A program made the translations under genes and the position numbers. This document shows, one piece after another, positions 11,301 through 19,336 of a stretch of DNA of 58,002 nucleotides. The DNA is taken from assembly GCA_038329115.1 (NCBI GenBank), contig JBBQMQ010000001.1, positions 1-58,002 on the forward strand, written 5' to 3'. Within the stretch, counting starts at the first letter, position 1. Every line of letters begins with the position of its first letter. The DNA comes from Bacteroidales bacterium. Lineage in GTDB: Bacteria > Bacteroidota > Bacteroidia > Bacteroidales > Paludibacteraceae. Under the pieces are notes generated by a model, which was not told the DNA's origin, searched no databases, and saw only the letters and a list, made by a program, of their open reading frames with translations.

Positions 11301-11539
11301 AAGATAAACCTGGTTTATTAGTATTCCCAACATTTGCAAAAAGTTATATTAATGTAAATACAACTTCTGATATTGAGAGAATTGAAATCATAAATGTTCA
11401 GGGTCAGGTTATGATTTCTAAAACAGTTCAATCTAACGAAACTCAGATTCCTTTATCACAATTAAAAAACGGGATGTATATCGTTAAATGTATCCTTAGA
11501 AACAATTCTGTTGCTGCTTCAAAAATAATTAAAATTTAA
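8327..11539 (+). CDS. GH48 processive cellulase (cellobiohydrolase) + Ig-like + PKD + unknown Cys-flanked module + T9SS CTD
   Basis: GH48 motifs EAPDYGHESTSEAYS, INTFQRGPQESVFETVPQP, QWKYTDAPDADAR, GDYLRYSMFDKYFK, GGIAGGATNSW and YHRTWAQ. The Ig-like domain starts SISITSP...VDFYANG and the PKD domain has YSWDFGDG. The CTD ends GMYIVK...KIIKI. Confidence 0.95.
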   Translation: MKKTSFFNVLLIITLCTSFSINLNAQSSSNNRYINRFLELRGMVNDPKNGYFSPDGAPYHSVETFMIEAPDYGHESTSEAYSFWIWMEAMYGRVTGDWSRVKYVWNKMEDQIIPKASDQPNNAAYKSAAPADYMAEHLTIQGYPSSNEPNIPVGKDPIATELTATYGNSDIYGMHWLIDVDNWYGFGNHGDGVSKQSYINTFQRGPQESVFETVPQPAWDNFKYGTAVGGFLPLFGKGGTPSQQWKYTDAPDADARVVQAMFWATQWMKEEGGNLNTLSLDKTKKMGDYLRYSMFDKYFKPMNCQSVNSAGATGYNAMHYLMSWYYAWGGSISAPTAGWAWRIGCSHNHFGYQNPLAAYALSNVTELTPSSATAKSHWTTSLNRQLEFYTWLQSVEGGIAGGATNSWNGVYDAYPAGTPTFYGMGYTENPVYEDPGSNSWFGWQAWSLERVAELYYVSNDVRAKKIMDKWIKWVSPNIHLIGTTDFEIPSGLAWTGKPDTWNPVSPGSNSNLNVTITSFGKDVGITASLARTLMYYAAATQKYSTLDAFSRDMAKELIDRLWTNKDALGIAIAEERGDYSRFFDQDVYIPSTYSGVMPNGDKIKPGIKFKDIRSKYLDDPAYPAVLAAYKSGTKYKTTYHRTWAQMEIAMANADFGFLFPMEGTNFLPSISITSPLNNAFYTAGSSVILTANAADQDGTVSSVDFYANGQKIGSSATAPYSFTWNAPIGTYTIYAIATDNENGTNQSINIKINVGNHAPVAAFNASATTGRVPFVVNFDASSSSDVDGNNLTYSWDFGDGSTDEGVLTSHTYNVVGEYTATLTVNDGKGATNSTTKNFTVKVTCDLNSIFNAPQSAAISTMSVAYSNAYTIGDNGPDVSNVSKLGFNWTLDRNSLALSFNYKKNTGHGYYESLNNYVISKSLNTANPSITFKDSTAGMVNFKGKYYVVTSPNYLVLVSENNSHAIYFSNSTSAPAYCDNASATAVNSVIADKDKPGLLVFPTFAKSYINVNTTSDIERIEIINVQGQVMISKTVQSNETQIPLSQLKNGMYIVKCILRNNSVAASKIIKI

Positions 11540-11577
11540 AACTGAATTGCTGATAAAAATTAAAAACTATATAACTT

Positions 11578-14013
11578 ATGCCTTTAATTAGAACTAAAAA
11601 TCGACAAGAAGTATTTGAGAAAAGAATTATTTTTAAAATATCATTCCAGATTTTCATTTTTATATTTTTTAGTCAACAATTTATTATTGCAGAGAATTTG
11701 CCTAATTATAGTTGGAAGAATCTGAATTTTGGGGGTGGTGGATTTGTTTCCGGTATTATTACTTCTAAAACGGAGAAAAATCTTATTTATGCACGGACTG
11801 ATGTTGGTGGGGCATATCGTTGGGTTGAAGCTACAAAAAGTTGGAAACCATTGATTGACTGGGCTTCTAAAGATGAATTTACATATATGGGAATAGAAAG
11901 TATTGCCATAGACCCAAGTTCGCCAAATAAGGTTTACATGTCAGCGGGGCTATACTTTGCAGCACCAAGTGCTATACTTCGGTCCAATGACTATGGAGAG
12001 ACTTTTCAGAAGACAATAGTTGATTTTCAAGTTAACGGAAATGGAAATGGTCGAAATAACGGAGAACGACTAGCAGTTGATCCTAAAAATGGTCAGATAA
12101 TTTTCTGTGGTTCGCGTGATAATGGGCTGTGGCAAAGTGCAGATGGAGGAGTTTCTTGGACAAATAATGCAAGTTTTCCTGTGCCTTTTACCGATAATCG
12201 AAATGGTGTTACATTCGTAGTCTTTGATGATCAATCTGCTCTCAAAAATAACGCAACACAACGAATTTTTGTTGGTGTGTCGCAATCAAACACAAGCAAT
12301 CTATACGTAACAGAAGATGGTGGCGTTTCTTGGTCAGCGGTTGCTAATCAGCCCACAACAAATCTGATGCCTCAACGTGTAACAAAAGCAGGTAGTTTCT
12401 TGTATATTACGTATGCCAATGCTGAAGGTCCATCAAATCCTACAATAGGGGCAGTTTACAGGTACAATATAAGCACTAGTGAATGGAAAAATATTTCTCC
12501 TGCAACTTTACCTTTCAGTGGAATAACTGTTGACGCTTCAAATTCGTTAAAAATAATGGTTTCGACCATAAATATTTATCAAAAACAACTTTGGGATGGT
12601 GGAACAGTTTACGGTGATAACATTTATCGTTCAATAGATGGTGGTGCAACATGGACAAATTTGTGTATCAATAATCACTTAACCGCCGATATATCAAAGA
12701 ATCCATGGATTGGCACTGCTCCGCAACTCCATTGGGTAAGTTCAATTGAAATAGACCCTTTTAATACTGAACGAGTATTATTGACATCCGGTAACGGTTT
12801 ATTTATGTCCGAAAATATATCAGCTACAAAATCGACATGGGCTTTTCAAGTTGACGGACTTGAAGAAACCGTTCCACTTGATATCATTAGCATTCCAAAC
12901 GGTCCAACTGTAACTGTTGTGGCTGATTATAACGGCTATGTCCATTCTGATCCGGCAGTTGCACCTGCAACTTATTTGAAATCCGGCATGGGATCAACTA
13001 CCGGAATTGATTTTGCAGAAAACAATACTCAATTGGGAGTAGTTGCAGGTAATTTGAATTGTAAATACACTCAAAATGGTGGAATAACCTGGACGGCAAT
13101 GTATTCATTGCCAGTAGCAAAAGCGTCAAAAGGAAGCGTAGCCATTTCAGCTGATGGAGCTACGATGTTTTGGTATCCTACTGGTGGCGCAAATACTTAT
13201 TATACTAAAGACTTGGGAGTTACCTGGAAACCAATTTTGGCTGATGTAGCTCTGAAAAATCGACCGGTTGCCGACAAAATAAATCCAAATAAAGTGTACG
13301 TCGCTCAGTCTAATAATTTATATGAATGTGTATGGAACAGCTCAACGAGTTCATATACTTATACAAATACAGTCATTTCATCTGTTAATTCAACCATCCG
13401 AACTATTCCTGGAATAGAAGGAGATGTTTGGCTTCCTTGCAGTTTTAACGGGCTAATTCATTATACCAATGTTTCAGGCATAAAAACAACTACTGCCATT
13501 TCCTCAATTAAAACTTGTGATGCAATTGGTTTTGGCAAGTCGGCTCCAGGCAAAACTTATCCTGCATTATATCTTTCGGGAACTCATCAAAATGGAATTT
13601 ATGGCTTATATCGTTCTGATGACCAGGGTGCTAGTTGGGTTCGGATAAATGATAACAATCATCAATTTGGTGGATTAGGTGATGGGACTTTTATCATTGG
13701 TGATAGAAATATATACGGTAGAGTTTATGTAAGTACTTCTGGAAGAGGAGTAATATATGGAGATGATTTAAGTACTACAGGCGTTATTAATCCAACTGAA
13801 AAATCAGCATTTCAACTTTATCCTAATCCTTGCACCTCACTTCTGATTGTAAAAGGTGATTTCAGTTTAATTGAAATATTTACATTAAACGGATTAAAAG
13901 TTTTAGATTCAACTAAAACGACAGTAAATGTAAATAATTTAGCAAATGGTTGCTATATTGCAAAAATTCATACTTTACAACAAACTTTCAACCAATTGTT
14001 TGTGAAAAATTAA
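11578..14013 (+). CDS. GH74 xyloglucanase/endoglucanase with T9SS CTD
   Basis: Motifs GGGGFVSGII, YARTDVGGAYRW, GRNNGERLAVDP, GLEETV, BNR/Asp-box repeats (SxDGGxxW) and GRVYVSTSGRGVIYGD. The CTD starts YPNP. Confidence 0.92.
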   Translation: MPLIRTKNRQEVFEKRIIFKISFQIFIFIFFSQQFIIAENLPNYSWKNLNFGGGGFVSGIITSKTEKNLIYARTDVGGAYRWVEATKSWKPLIDWASKDEFTYMGIESIAIDPSSPNKVYMSAGLYFAAPSAILRSNDYGETFQKTIVDFQVNGNGNGRNNGERLAVDPKNGQIIFCGSRDNGLWQSADGGVSWTNNASFPVPFTDNRNGVTFVVFDDQSALKNNATQRIFVGVSQSNTSNLYVTEDGGVSWSAVANQPTTNLMPQRVTKAGSFLYITYANAEGPSNPTIGAVYRYNISTSEWKNISPATLPFSGITVDASNSLKIMVSTINIYQKQLWDGGTVYGDNIYRSIDGGATWTNLCINNHLTADISKNPWIGTAPQLHWVSSIEIDPFNTERVLLTSGNGLFMSENISATKSTWAFQVDGLEETVPLDIISIPNGPTVTVVADYNGYVHSDPAVAPATYLKSGMGSTTGIDFAENNTQLGVVAGNLNCKYTQNGGITWTAMYSLPVAKASKGSVAISADGATMFWYPTGGANTYYTKDLGVTWKPILADVALKNRPVADKINPNKVYVAQSNNLYECVWNSSTSSYTYTNTVISSVNSTIRTIPGIEGDVWLPCSFNGLIHYTNVSGIKTTTAISSIKTCDAIGFGKSAPGKTYPALYLSGTHQNGIYGLYRSDDQGASWVRINDNNHQFGGLGDGTFIIGDRNIYGRVYVSTSGRGVIYGDDLSTTGVINPTEKSAFQLYPNPCTSLLIVKGDFSLIEIFTLNGLKVLDSTKTTVNVNNLANGCYIAKIHTLQQTFNQLFVKN

Positions 14014-14117
14014 TTCTCATAATCAAATTTCTGAATGAGAATTTATGCTAAAATGGAATATATATAAGATTATATTCTCTACATTTGTCAGTCACATTCT
14101 CATTAAAGAGAATGTGA
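14012..14117 (+). promoter_or_regulatory. Intergenic cluster of inverted repeats and a -7 element
   Basis: AATTCTCAT/ATGAGAATT spans 14012-14043, TACATTTG is at 14080, and the perfect 10-bp IR TCACATTCTC/GAGAATGTGA spans 14092-14117. Confidence 0.5.
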
Positions 14118-14178
14118 GTTTATGTAAAAATAAATTTAATTTAAAAGTATAATAATCAAGTTCTCATAAAATAAACAC

Positions 14179-15585
14179 ATGAATTACAAAAACGGTATTA
14201 CTTTTGGAAGTTTGTTTTTACAAGCATTGAATGGTTGTTTGTCAGCTCAGGAACCAGCATCGAAACCAAACATTGTTTACGTTATGACCGATCAACAATC
14301 GTATAACATGATTAGTGGACTTAGTAAATACAACACGTTGAATCCTAATTATTCTTCAACACCTAACATTGACAGACTAGTTCGAAGTGGAATTTCTTTC
14401 ACAAATGCGTATTGTGCCAATCCGCTTTCAGTTCCTTCACGTTTTGCATTGTTTACAGGAGAATATGGTGGAAAATACGGTGTTCGAGGAAATCTTCCAA
14501 AAGTAGATAATGCACAACTTGACGAACTTTTCAAGAAAAGTGCCATGGGCAATATTTTTATAAGAAACGGCTATCAAACCTATTATGGAGGAAAAGTACA
14601 TTTACCGTTTCCGAAAAGAAACTCTAAATTCGATCACCCCATTAATTATGGATTTCAGGAATATATCTCAAAAGATGATGCTGATAGCCTTGCAATTACT
14701 GCAGCTGATTTAATCAGAAACAGAACATCAAAAACTCCGTTTTTATTAGTCGCCTCATTTAATAATCCGCATAATATTTGTGCAGAAGCCGGTGCTAATG
14801 AGAAGAGATCTGTTAATATCAAAGAAGGTCGTCCCGAGATTTCAAATGATGTGATGGATATGCGAAGAAAAGCAGATGCATTTAATCAAATTGATTTCTT
14901 TAACAATGTAGCACCGGCACTTCCGGTGAATTTTGATAGAACTATTGGATTTCCGACTGATTTTATGAAATGGACATTCCATGATTGGTCGGAAGATTAT
15001 TGGCGCCGCTACCGATGGATTTATTCACAAATGACTACCGAAATTGATACTTCCATTGGCAGAATACTTGATGCAATTGACCAATCAAAATTTAAAGACA
15101 ATACAATTATTATTTTTACTGCCGATCACGGTGAAATGCAGGGTGCTCATCACGCTTCGCTGAAGGAACTACCGTTTGACGAATGTCAACGAATTCCTTT
15201 TATTATTGCGGGGAAAGGAATTGTTCAGAATCAAGTTGACAATTCACTTGTTTGTAACGGAACTGATTTAATTCCAACCATGTGCGAACTTGCTGGTATA
15301 CCGATTCCGTCTAATTTAAAAGGAATTTCACTTGCAAAACGTGCAACTTCAAATGCTCCGGTAATCCCACGAAAATACATGTATCTGGAAGGAACGAAAT
15401 TTTCACAAATAATCGAAAATCAGAAATATAAGTACACGCATTTTGATGCCGGAAGTTCTCCCGAAATGCTGATTGACCTGTCCGTTGACCCCGGAGAAAA
15501 GAAGGATGTAAGTACTGGCAACAAAGCCTATAAAGCAAAAACAGCAGAACTTCGGAATGAATTATCAATAGAACAACCGAAATAA
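14179..15585 (+). CDS. S1 (Ser-type) sulfatase, no CTD; paralogue of 37021..38673
   Basis: Motifs KPNIVYVMTDQQ, SVPSRFALFTG, GKVH and FTADHGE. Confidence 0.9.
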   Translation: MNYKNGITFGSLFLQALNGCLSAQEPASKPNIVYVMTDQQSYNMISGLSKYNTLNPNYSSTPNIDRLVRSGISFTNAYCANPLSVPSRFALFTGEYGGKYGVRGNLPKVDNAQLDELFKKSAMGNIFIRNGYQTYYGGKVHLPFPKRNSKFDHPINYGFQEYISKDDADSLAITAADLIRNRTSKTPFLLVASFNNPHNICAEAGANEKRSVNIKEGRPEISNDVMDMRRKADAFNQIDFFNNVAPALPVNFDRTIGFPTDFMKWTFHDWSEDYWRRYRWIYSQMTTEIDTSIGRILDAIDQSKFKDNTIIIFTADHGEMQGAHHASLKELPFDECQRIPFIIAGKGIVQNQVDNSLVCNGTDLIPTMCELAGIPIPSNLKGISLAKRATSNAPVIPRKYMYLEGTKFSQIIENQKYKYTHFDAGSSPEMLIDLSVDPGEKKDVSTGNKAYKAKTAELRNELSIEQPK

Positions 15586-15651
15586 AAAACAGTTTACCTA
15601 CCTTATTGGATAGTTTCTCACCTTAATAAAGAAATTATCCTTTTATCTTTG
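15585..15651 (+). promoter_or_regulatory. Direct-repeat operator copy 2 plus -7 element
   Basis: ACAGTTTACC at 15589, ATAGTTTCTC at 15610 and TATCTTTG at 15644. Confidence 0.8.
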
Positions 15652-15682
15652 TAGTATTAATCAACATTTAAATTTAAAATTT

Positions 15683-17332
15683 ATGAAAACAAAAAAATTA
15701 CTGCTTCTACTTGTTTTAGTAGTATGTGCCTTTATGACAGCAAACTCAGCTGAAAAGTATTATATTGGAGGAGTAGGTGGAACAACAACAGCACCTGTTG
15801 GCGGTATGTGGAGTTCGACTGCTGCATGGTCTCCAAGCGGTACGCCTACTTCAACTGATGATATAATAATTAATGCTAATGGTTCAAATGTTATAGCGAT
15901 TACTAATATTACAACTGCACTAGCAAACATAAACTCTCTAACAATTAATGGAATTGTTACATTCGGAGGAAATGCTCAGCAAATTACAATAGGTAGTGGC
16001 GGGTTAACAATTAATGGTTCGCTTACAATGCCTGCTGGTGGTGCAAATCCTGTGAAAATTATAGGTGGAACCGGATTTTCTGCATCTGGTACAGGTTCAT
16101 TTACATCGGCTGCTGTAAATAATGTATTACCTAATGGTACAGCTTCTGCAAATATAAATTATCCATTTGATGTTACATTAACTTATTTTCAAGCTACAGC
16201 TGCACAAACACTGCCTACCTATGCTACATTCAATAATTTAACTATAAATTTCACTAATGCCGCTGTTCCAGCAAAAGTGGGAAATAATACAATAGTTAAT
16301 AGAAGATTGACGTTGACAAACGGATTGATTGACTGTCAGGCTAATACACTAATTTTATCTTCTACAGCAAGTATAGTTGGAGGAAGTACTGCAAGTCATA
16401 TTTATAGTAGTACTGGTACGGGTGCTTTAGTTCTTGCTTGTCCTCAAACTATTGCTACTTTATTTCCTATTGGTACAGCCACTGCTTACACACCTTTAAC
16501 AGTTACAAATACCGGTGTGGCTACAACAGATATCACATCAAAATTGAAAACCACATTTACCACTACTGCAGTTGATGCTACTAAGTCAGTAATGTTAGAA
16601 TGGTCATTGTTGGGTTCTGTCGCAACAACAGCTGATTTGGTCTTTACGTATAATACAGCAAATTTTGGAACGGCTTATGCTGTTGCTTCTCCATCGGTTT
16701 TGGCAGCATATAACGGTACAAACTACTCAAAAGTAGCAACAGGTACTGCTACAGGAACTGCTGATCCATACACCTATCCTGCTTCAGGAATAAATATTCC
16801 TGCCACAGGTACTAACTCATTTGTAATCACAAATAAAACAGCACCTGCAGCACCAGCTATTAGTGGTATAACAGTTTCTGATGGACAGCTATCTGTGGCA
16901 TATTCAGCTCCTGTATGGGATGGTGGTTCAGCCATTACTGATTACAAATACACTATTGATGGTACAACTTATATTTCAGCAGGTTCAACCACAAGTCCGA
17001 TTGTCATAACTGGTTTGACAAACAATACCGCTTACCCAATTCAACTTGAAGCTGTAAACTCGGTTGGAGTTGGAACTGCAAGTGCAATTGTATCGGCAAC
17101 TCCTTCAAATACGACTGCTGTCAATACTCCACAATCCAATGTAAATGTATCAACAAGAAATGGGAAAATTGTTGTTAAAACAGATGCAGAACAGACTATT
17201 AATATTTACAATTCAATTGGAAGAAAGATTTATTCTTCAGTGACAAAAAGTGGTGTTAATGAAATAGCTGTTACCGATAGAAGCGTTTATTTTGTCAAGG
17301 TTGCAAATCAAACATCAAAAATAATTTTATAG
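15683..17332 (+). CDS. Non-catalytic secreted protein (G8-like/beta-rich + FN3 + short T9SS-type CTD); paralogue of 5092..6708
   Basis: Shares GTGFSASGTGS, FPIGTA..YTP.T, LKT.FT, GSVATTAD, DPY.Y.AS.INIPA.G and KV.NQT.K.IL with 5092..6708. Confidence 0.7.
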   Translation: MKTKKLLLLLVLVVCAFMTANSAEKYYIGGVGGTTTAPVGGMWSSTAAWSPSGTPTSTDDIIINANGSNVIAITNITTALANINSLTINGIVTFGGNAQQITIGSGGLTINGSLTMPAGGANPVKIIGGTGFSASGTGSFTSAAVNNVLPNGTASANINYPFDVTLTYFQATAAQTLPTYATFNNLTINFTNAAVPAKVGNNTIVNRRLTLTNGLIDCQANTLILSSTASIVGGSTASHIYSSTGTGALVLACPQTIATLFPIGTATAYTPLTVTNTGVATTDITSKLKTTFTTTAVDATKSVMLEWSLLGSVATTADLVFTYNTANFGTAYAVASPSVLAAYNGTNYSKVATGTATGTADPYTYPASGINIPATGTNSFVITNKTAPAAPAISGITVSDGQLSVAYSAPVWDGGSAITDYKYTIDGTTYISAGSTTSPIVITGLTNNTAYPIQLEAVNSVGVGTASAIVSATPSNTTAVNTPQSNVNVSTRNGKIVVKTDAEQTINIYNSIGRKIYSSVTKSGVNEIAVTDRSVYFVKVANQTSKIIL

Positions 17333-17351
17333 GTATTAGTATTTTTGATTC

Positions 17352-17400
17352 AAATTCGGCTAATCTATAAATTGATTAGCCGAATTTACTTTCATTTTTT
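17352..17400 (+). terminator. Rho-independent terminator-like hairpin
   Basis: Perfect 14-bp stem AAATTCGGCTAATC/GATTAGCCGAATTT followed by a T-rich tract. Confidence 0.8.
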
Positions 17401-17542
17401 TTAATGTGAAACAATATTTGTTTTAGGAAATCATTATTGGCTTAAAAAACAAAAACACTCATTTATTGATTGAAAGAAATCCATTCTATTTGCAGAATCT
17501 CATTTAATAACTACAAAATTATAACTTTAAATTTTTATTAGT

Positions 17543-19111
17543 ATGAAAACAAAAAAACTACTTCTTCTTGGCGCATTATTAATCGCTACATCAAGTCTAT
17601 GGGCAGCTTATCCTACAATTCTTGGTGATGGTACAGCAGACAATCCATACAAAATCACTTCTGCCACCGAACTTCTAAATGTTCGCGACTCGGTAAATCT
17701 TGTTTCAAATCTTACACTGAATTTGGCTCATTATGAACTATCAAACGACATCGACATGTCAGGAACCGAATGGACAGTTCCAATTGGCATTGCAGGCAAA
17801 AACTTTAAAGGAATATTTAATGGTAATGGTCATAAAATAACAGGTATTTTTCTTAACTCCGGCACCACACCACATGGAAATCAGGCACTTTTCGGTCAAA
17901 TTAATACTGCAACAATTAAGAATCTGGAAATCAATATCAATTTTACTATCGTTCGAAGTGGTACTATAGGAAATATTTATGTAGGAGGACTAGTAAATAA
18001 TATAACTGCAGGAGTTACAGGAGCAGCGCCAACATTTATAGACAATTGTAGAGTAACTGGGGTGTTAAGCCAGACTAACACAAGTGCCGGCGCAGCAACT
18101 GAAAAAATGGGTGGAATAGTCGGTCAAAATGGTTTTGAATCTTACATTACAAACTGTTCTGTAGATTTACAGATGATAAATACAATAATCTTAGGTTCAG
18201 CAGGCGGTTGTATAAATGGAGTCGGAGGTATTGTTGGCGATGCAGGAGTTGGAGTTAAATCAGGAATTGTGAATTGTTATTCAACAGGTTCTCTTACTAT
18301 CTTTGACTCTGCAGGGGCAACCTCTGGAGGTGGTATTTTAGGAGTTAGAAATGGCACAAACACACCTCTATGTGAAATTATTAACTGTTACTCGGCAATG
18401 ACTATTGATGCATCTCAATCACTTCAAACTAACTCAGGCATAGCTGGAATAAGTGGAAGTCAAAACAATACCACGCCCAATACAATTAAAAATTGCATAG
18501 CATTAAACCCATCAATAAGTTATAAAAATTCAGGAGCTAATCTTGGATTATTAAAACGCATGGCTTTGAAAAATGCGGGTGCAACTTTTGCAAGTAACTA
18601 TGCATTAAGTTCAATGACAATTACAGCCTTTACCGCCTGGAATTTTACAACTCAAACGGGTACCACTGCAACTTTTACTCCTGTTAATGATGCTGCCGGA
18701 ACAGATGGGGATGTACTTACCGGTGCTGATGTTCCATCTCAAATTGCGGATGGATTATCAAAACTAAGTGCTTATGTAACTGCCAATCCAACCTATTCGC
18801 CCACTTCTGCAACAACTTTAAACTTACCATTATTGTCTTGGACTGCTGGAACAACCTATCCAAAATTGGTCACTCCAATCTTCAGTGGTTTGTCAAATCA
18901 TACAATTCTTCCATCATTAAAATACAGTGTTAATGCTGGTGTTTTAAAACTTGATAATATTGAAGGTAAAAAGAGTCTGAGAATTTACTCAGTTACCGGA
19001 GTGGAAGTAAACAAAACTGAAGTAAACTCAAATTATTCCATCGCTCTGCAAAAAGGAATTTATATCGTAAATTTGGAAGGAAATGCACCTCAAAAAGTTG
19101 TTGTTTTCTAA
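17543..19111 (+). CDS. Secreted GLUG-motif beta-helix protein with short T9SS-type CTD
   Basis: GDGTADNPYKI, FKGIFNGNGHKITG, repeated (V/M)GG(I/L)VG...NC motifs, and C-terminus YSVTG...KGIYIV...KVVVF. Confidence 0.72.
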   Translation: MKTKKLLLLGALLIATSSLWAAYPTILGDGTADNPYKITSATELLNVRDSVNLVSNLTLNLAHYELSNDIDMSGTEWTVPIGIAGKNFKGIFNGNGHKITGIFLNSGTTPHGNQALFGQINTATIKNLEININFTIVRSGTIGNIYVGGLVNNITAGVTGAAPTFIDNCRVTGVLSQTNTSAGAATEKMGGIVGQNGFESYITNCSVDLQMINTIILGSAGGCINGVGGIVGDAGVGVKSGIVNCYSTGSLTIFDSAGATSGGGILGVRNGTNTPLCEIINCYSAMTIDASQSLQTNSGIAGISGSQNNTTPNTIKNCIALNPSISYKNSGANLGLLKRMALKNAGATFASNYALSSMTITAFTAWNFTTQTGTTATFTPVNDAAGTDGDVLTGADVPSQIADGLSKLSAYVTANPTYSPTSATTLNLPLLSWTAGTTYPKLVTPIFSGLSNHTILPSLKYSVNAGVLKLDNIEGKKSLRIYSVTGVEVNKTEVNSNYSIALQKGIYIVNLEGNAPQKVVVF

Positions 19112-19159
19112 TAAGTAAATAACAATAATAAAATTCTGACATCATATTATTAAACGGTT

Positions 19160-19198
19160 AACACCTCCAAACCTAATTGAGGTTTTGGAGGTGTTTTT
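19160..19198 (+). terminator. Rho-independent terminator
   Basis: AACACCTCCAAACCT pairs with AGGTTTTGGAGGTGTT, followed by T residues. Confidence 0.85.
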
Positions 19199-19214
19199 GT
19201 AAGATAAATTAGAA

Positions 19215-19282
19215 TAAAAACAGTTTACCTACCTATTTGGATAGTTTATCACTAAAAGCAAGTAACAGATTCTGTATTTTTG
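19215..19282 (+). promoter_or_regulatory. Direct-repeat operator copy 3 plus -7 element (promoter of the GH-A/SusC/SusD unit)
   Basis: ACAGTTTACC at 19220, ATAGTTTATC at 19241 and TATTTTTG at 19275. Confidence 0.82.
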
Positions 19283-19336
19283 TCATGTGATATTTCTTAT
19301 TTTTACAAAAATATCACAAAAACTTTAAATCAAGTA

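Noticed and set aside
5056-14170. Short TTCTCATAA motif recurring in intergenic regions (about 5058, 14014, 14161)
   Set aside because: It is only 9 bp in very AT-rich DNA with no consistent position relative to promoters or starts.
19280-19336. TTG start at 19280 for the GH-A gene
   Set aside because: It lies inside the -7 promoter element. ATG 19337 gives a normal signal peptide.
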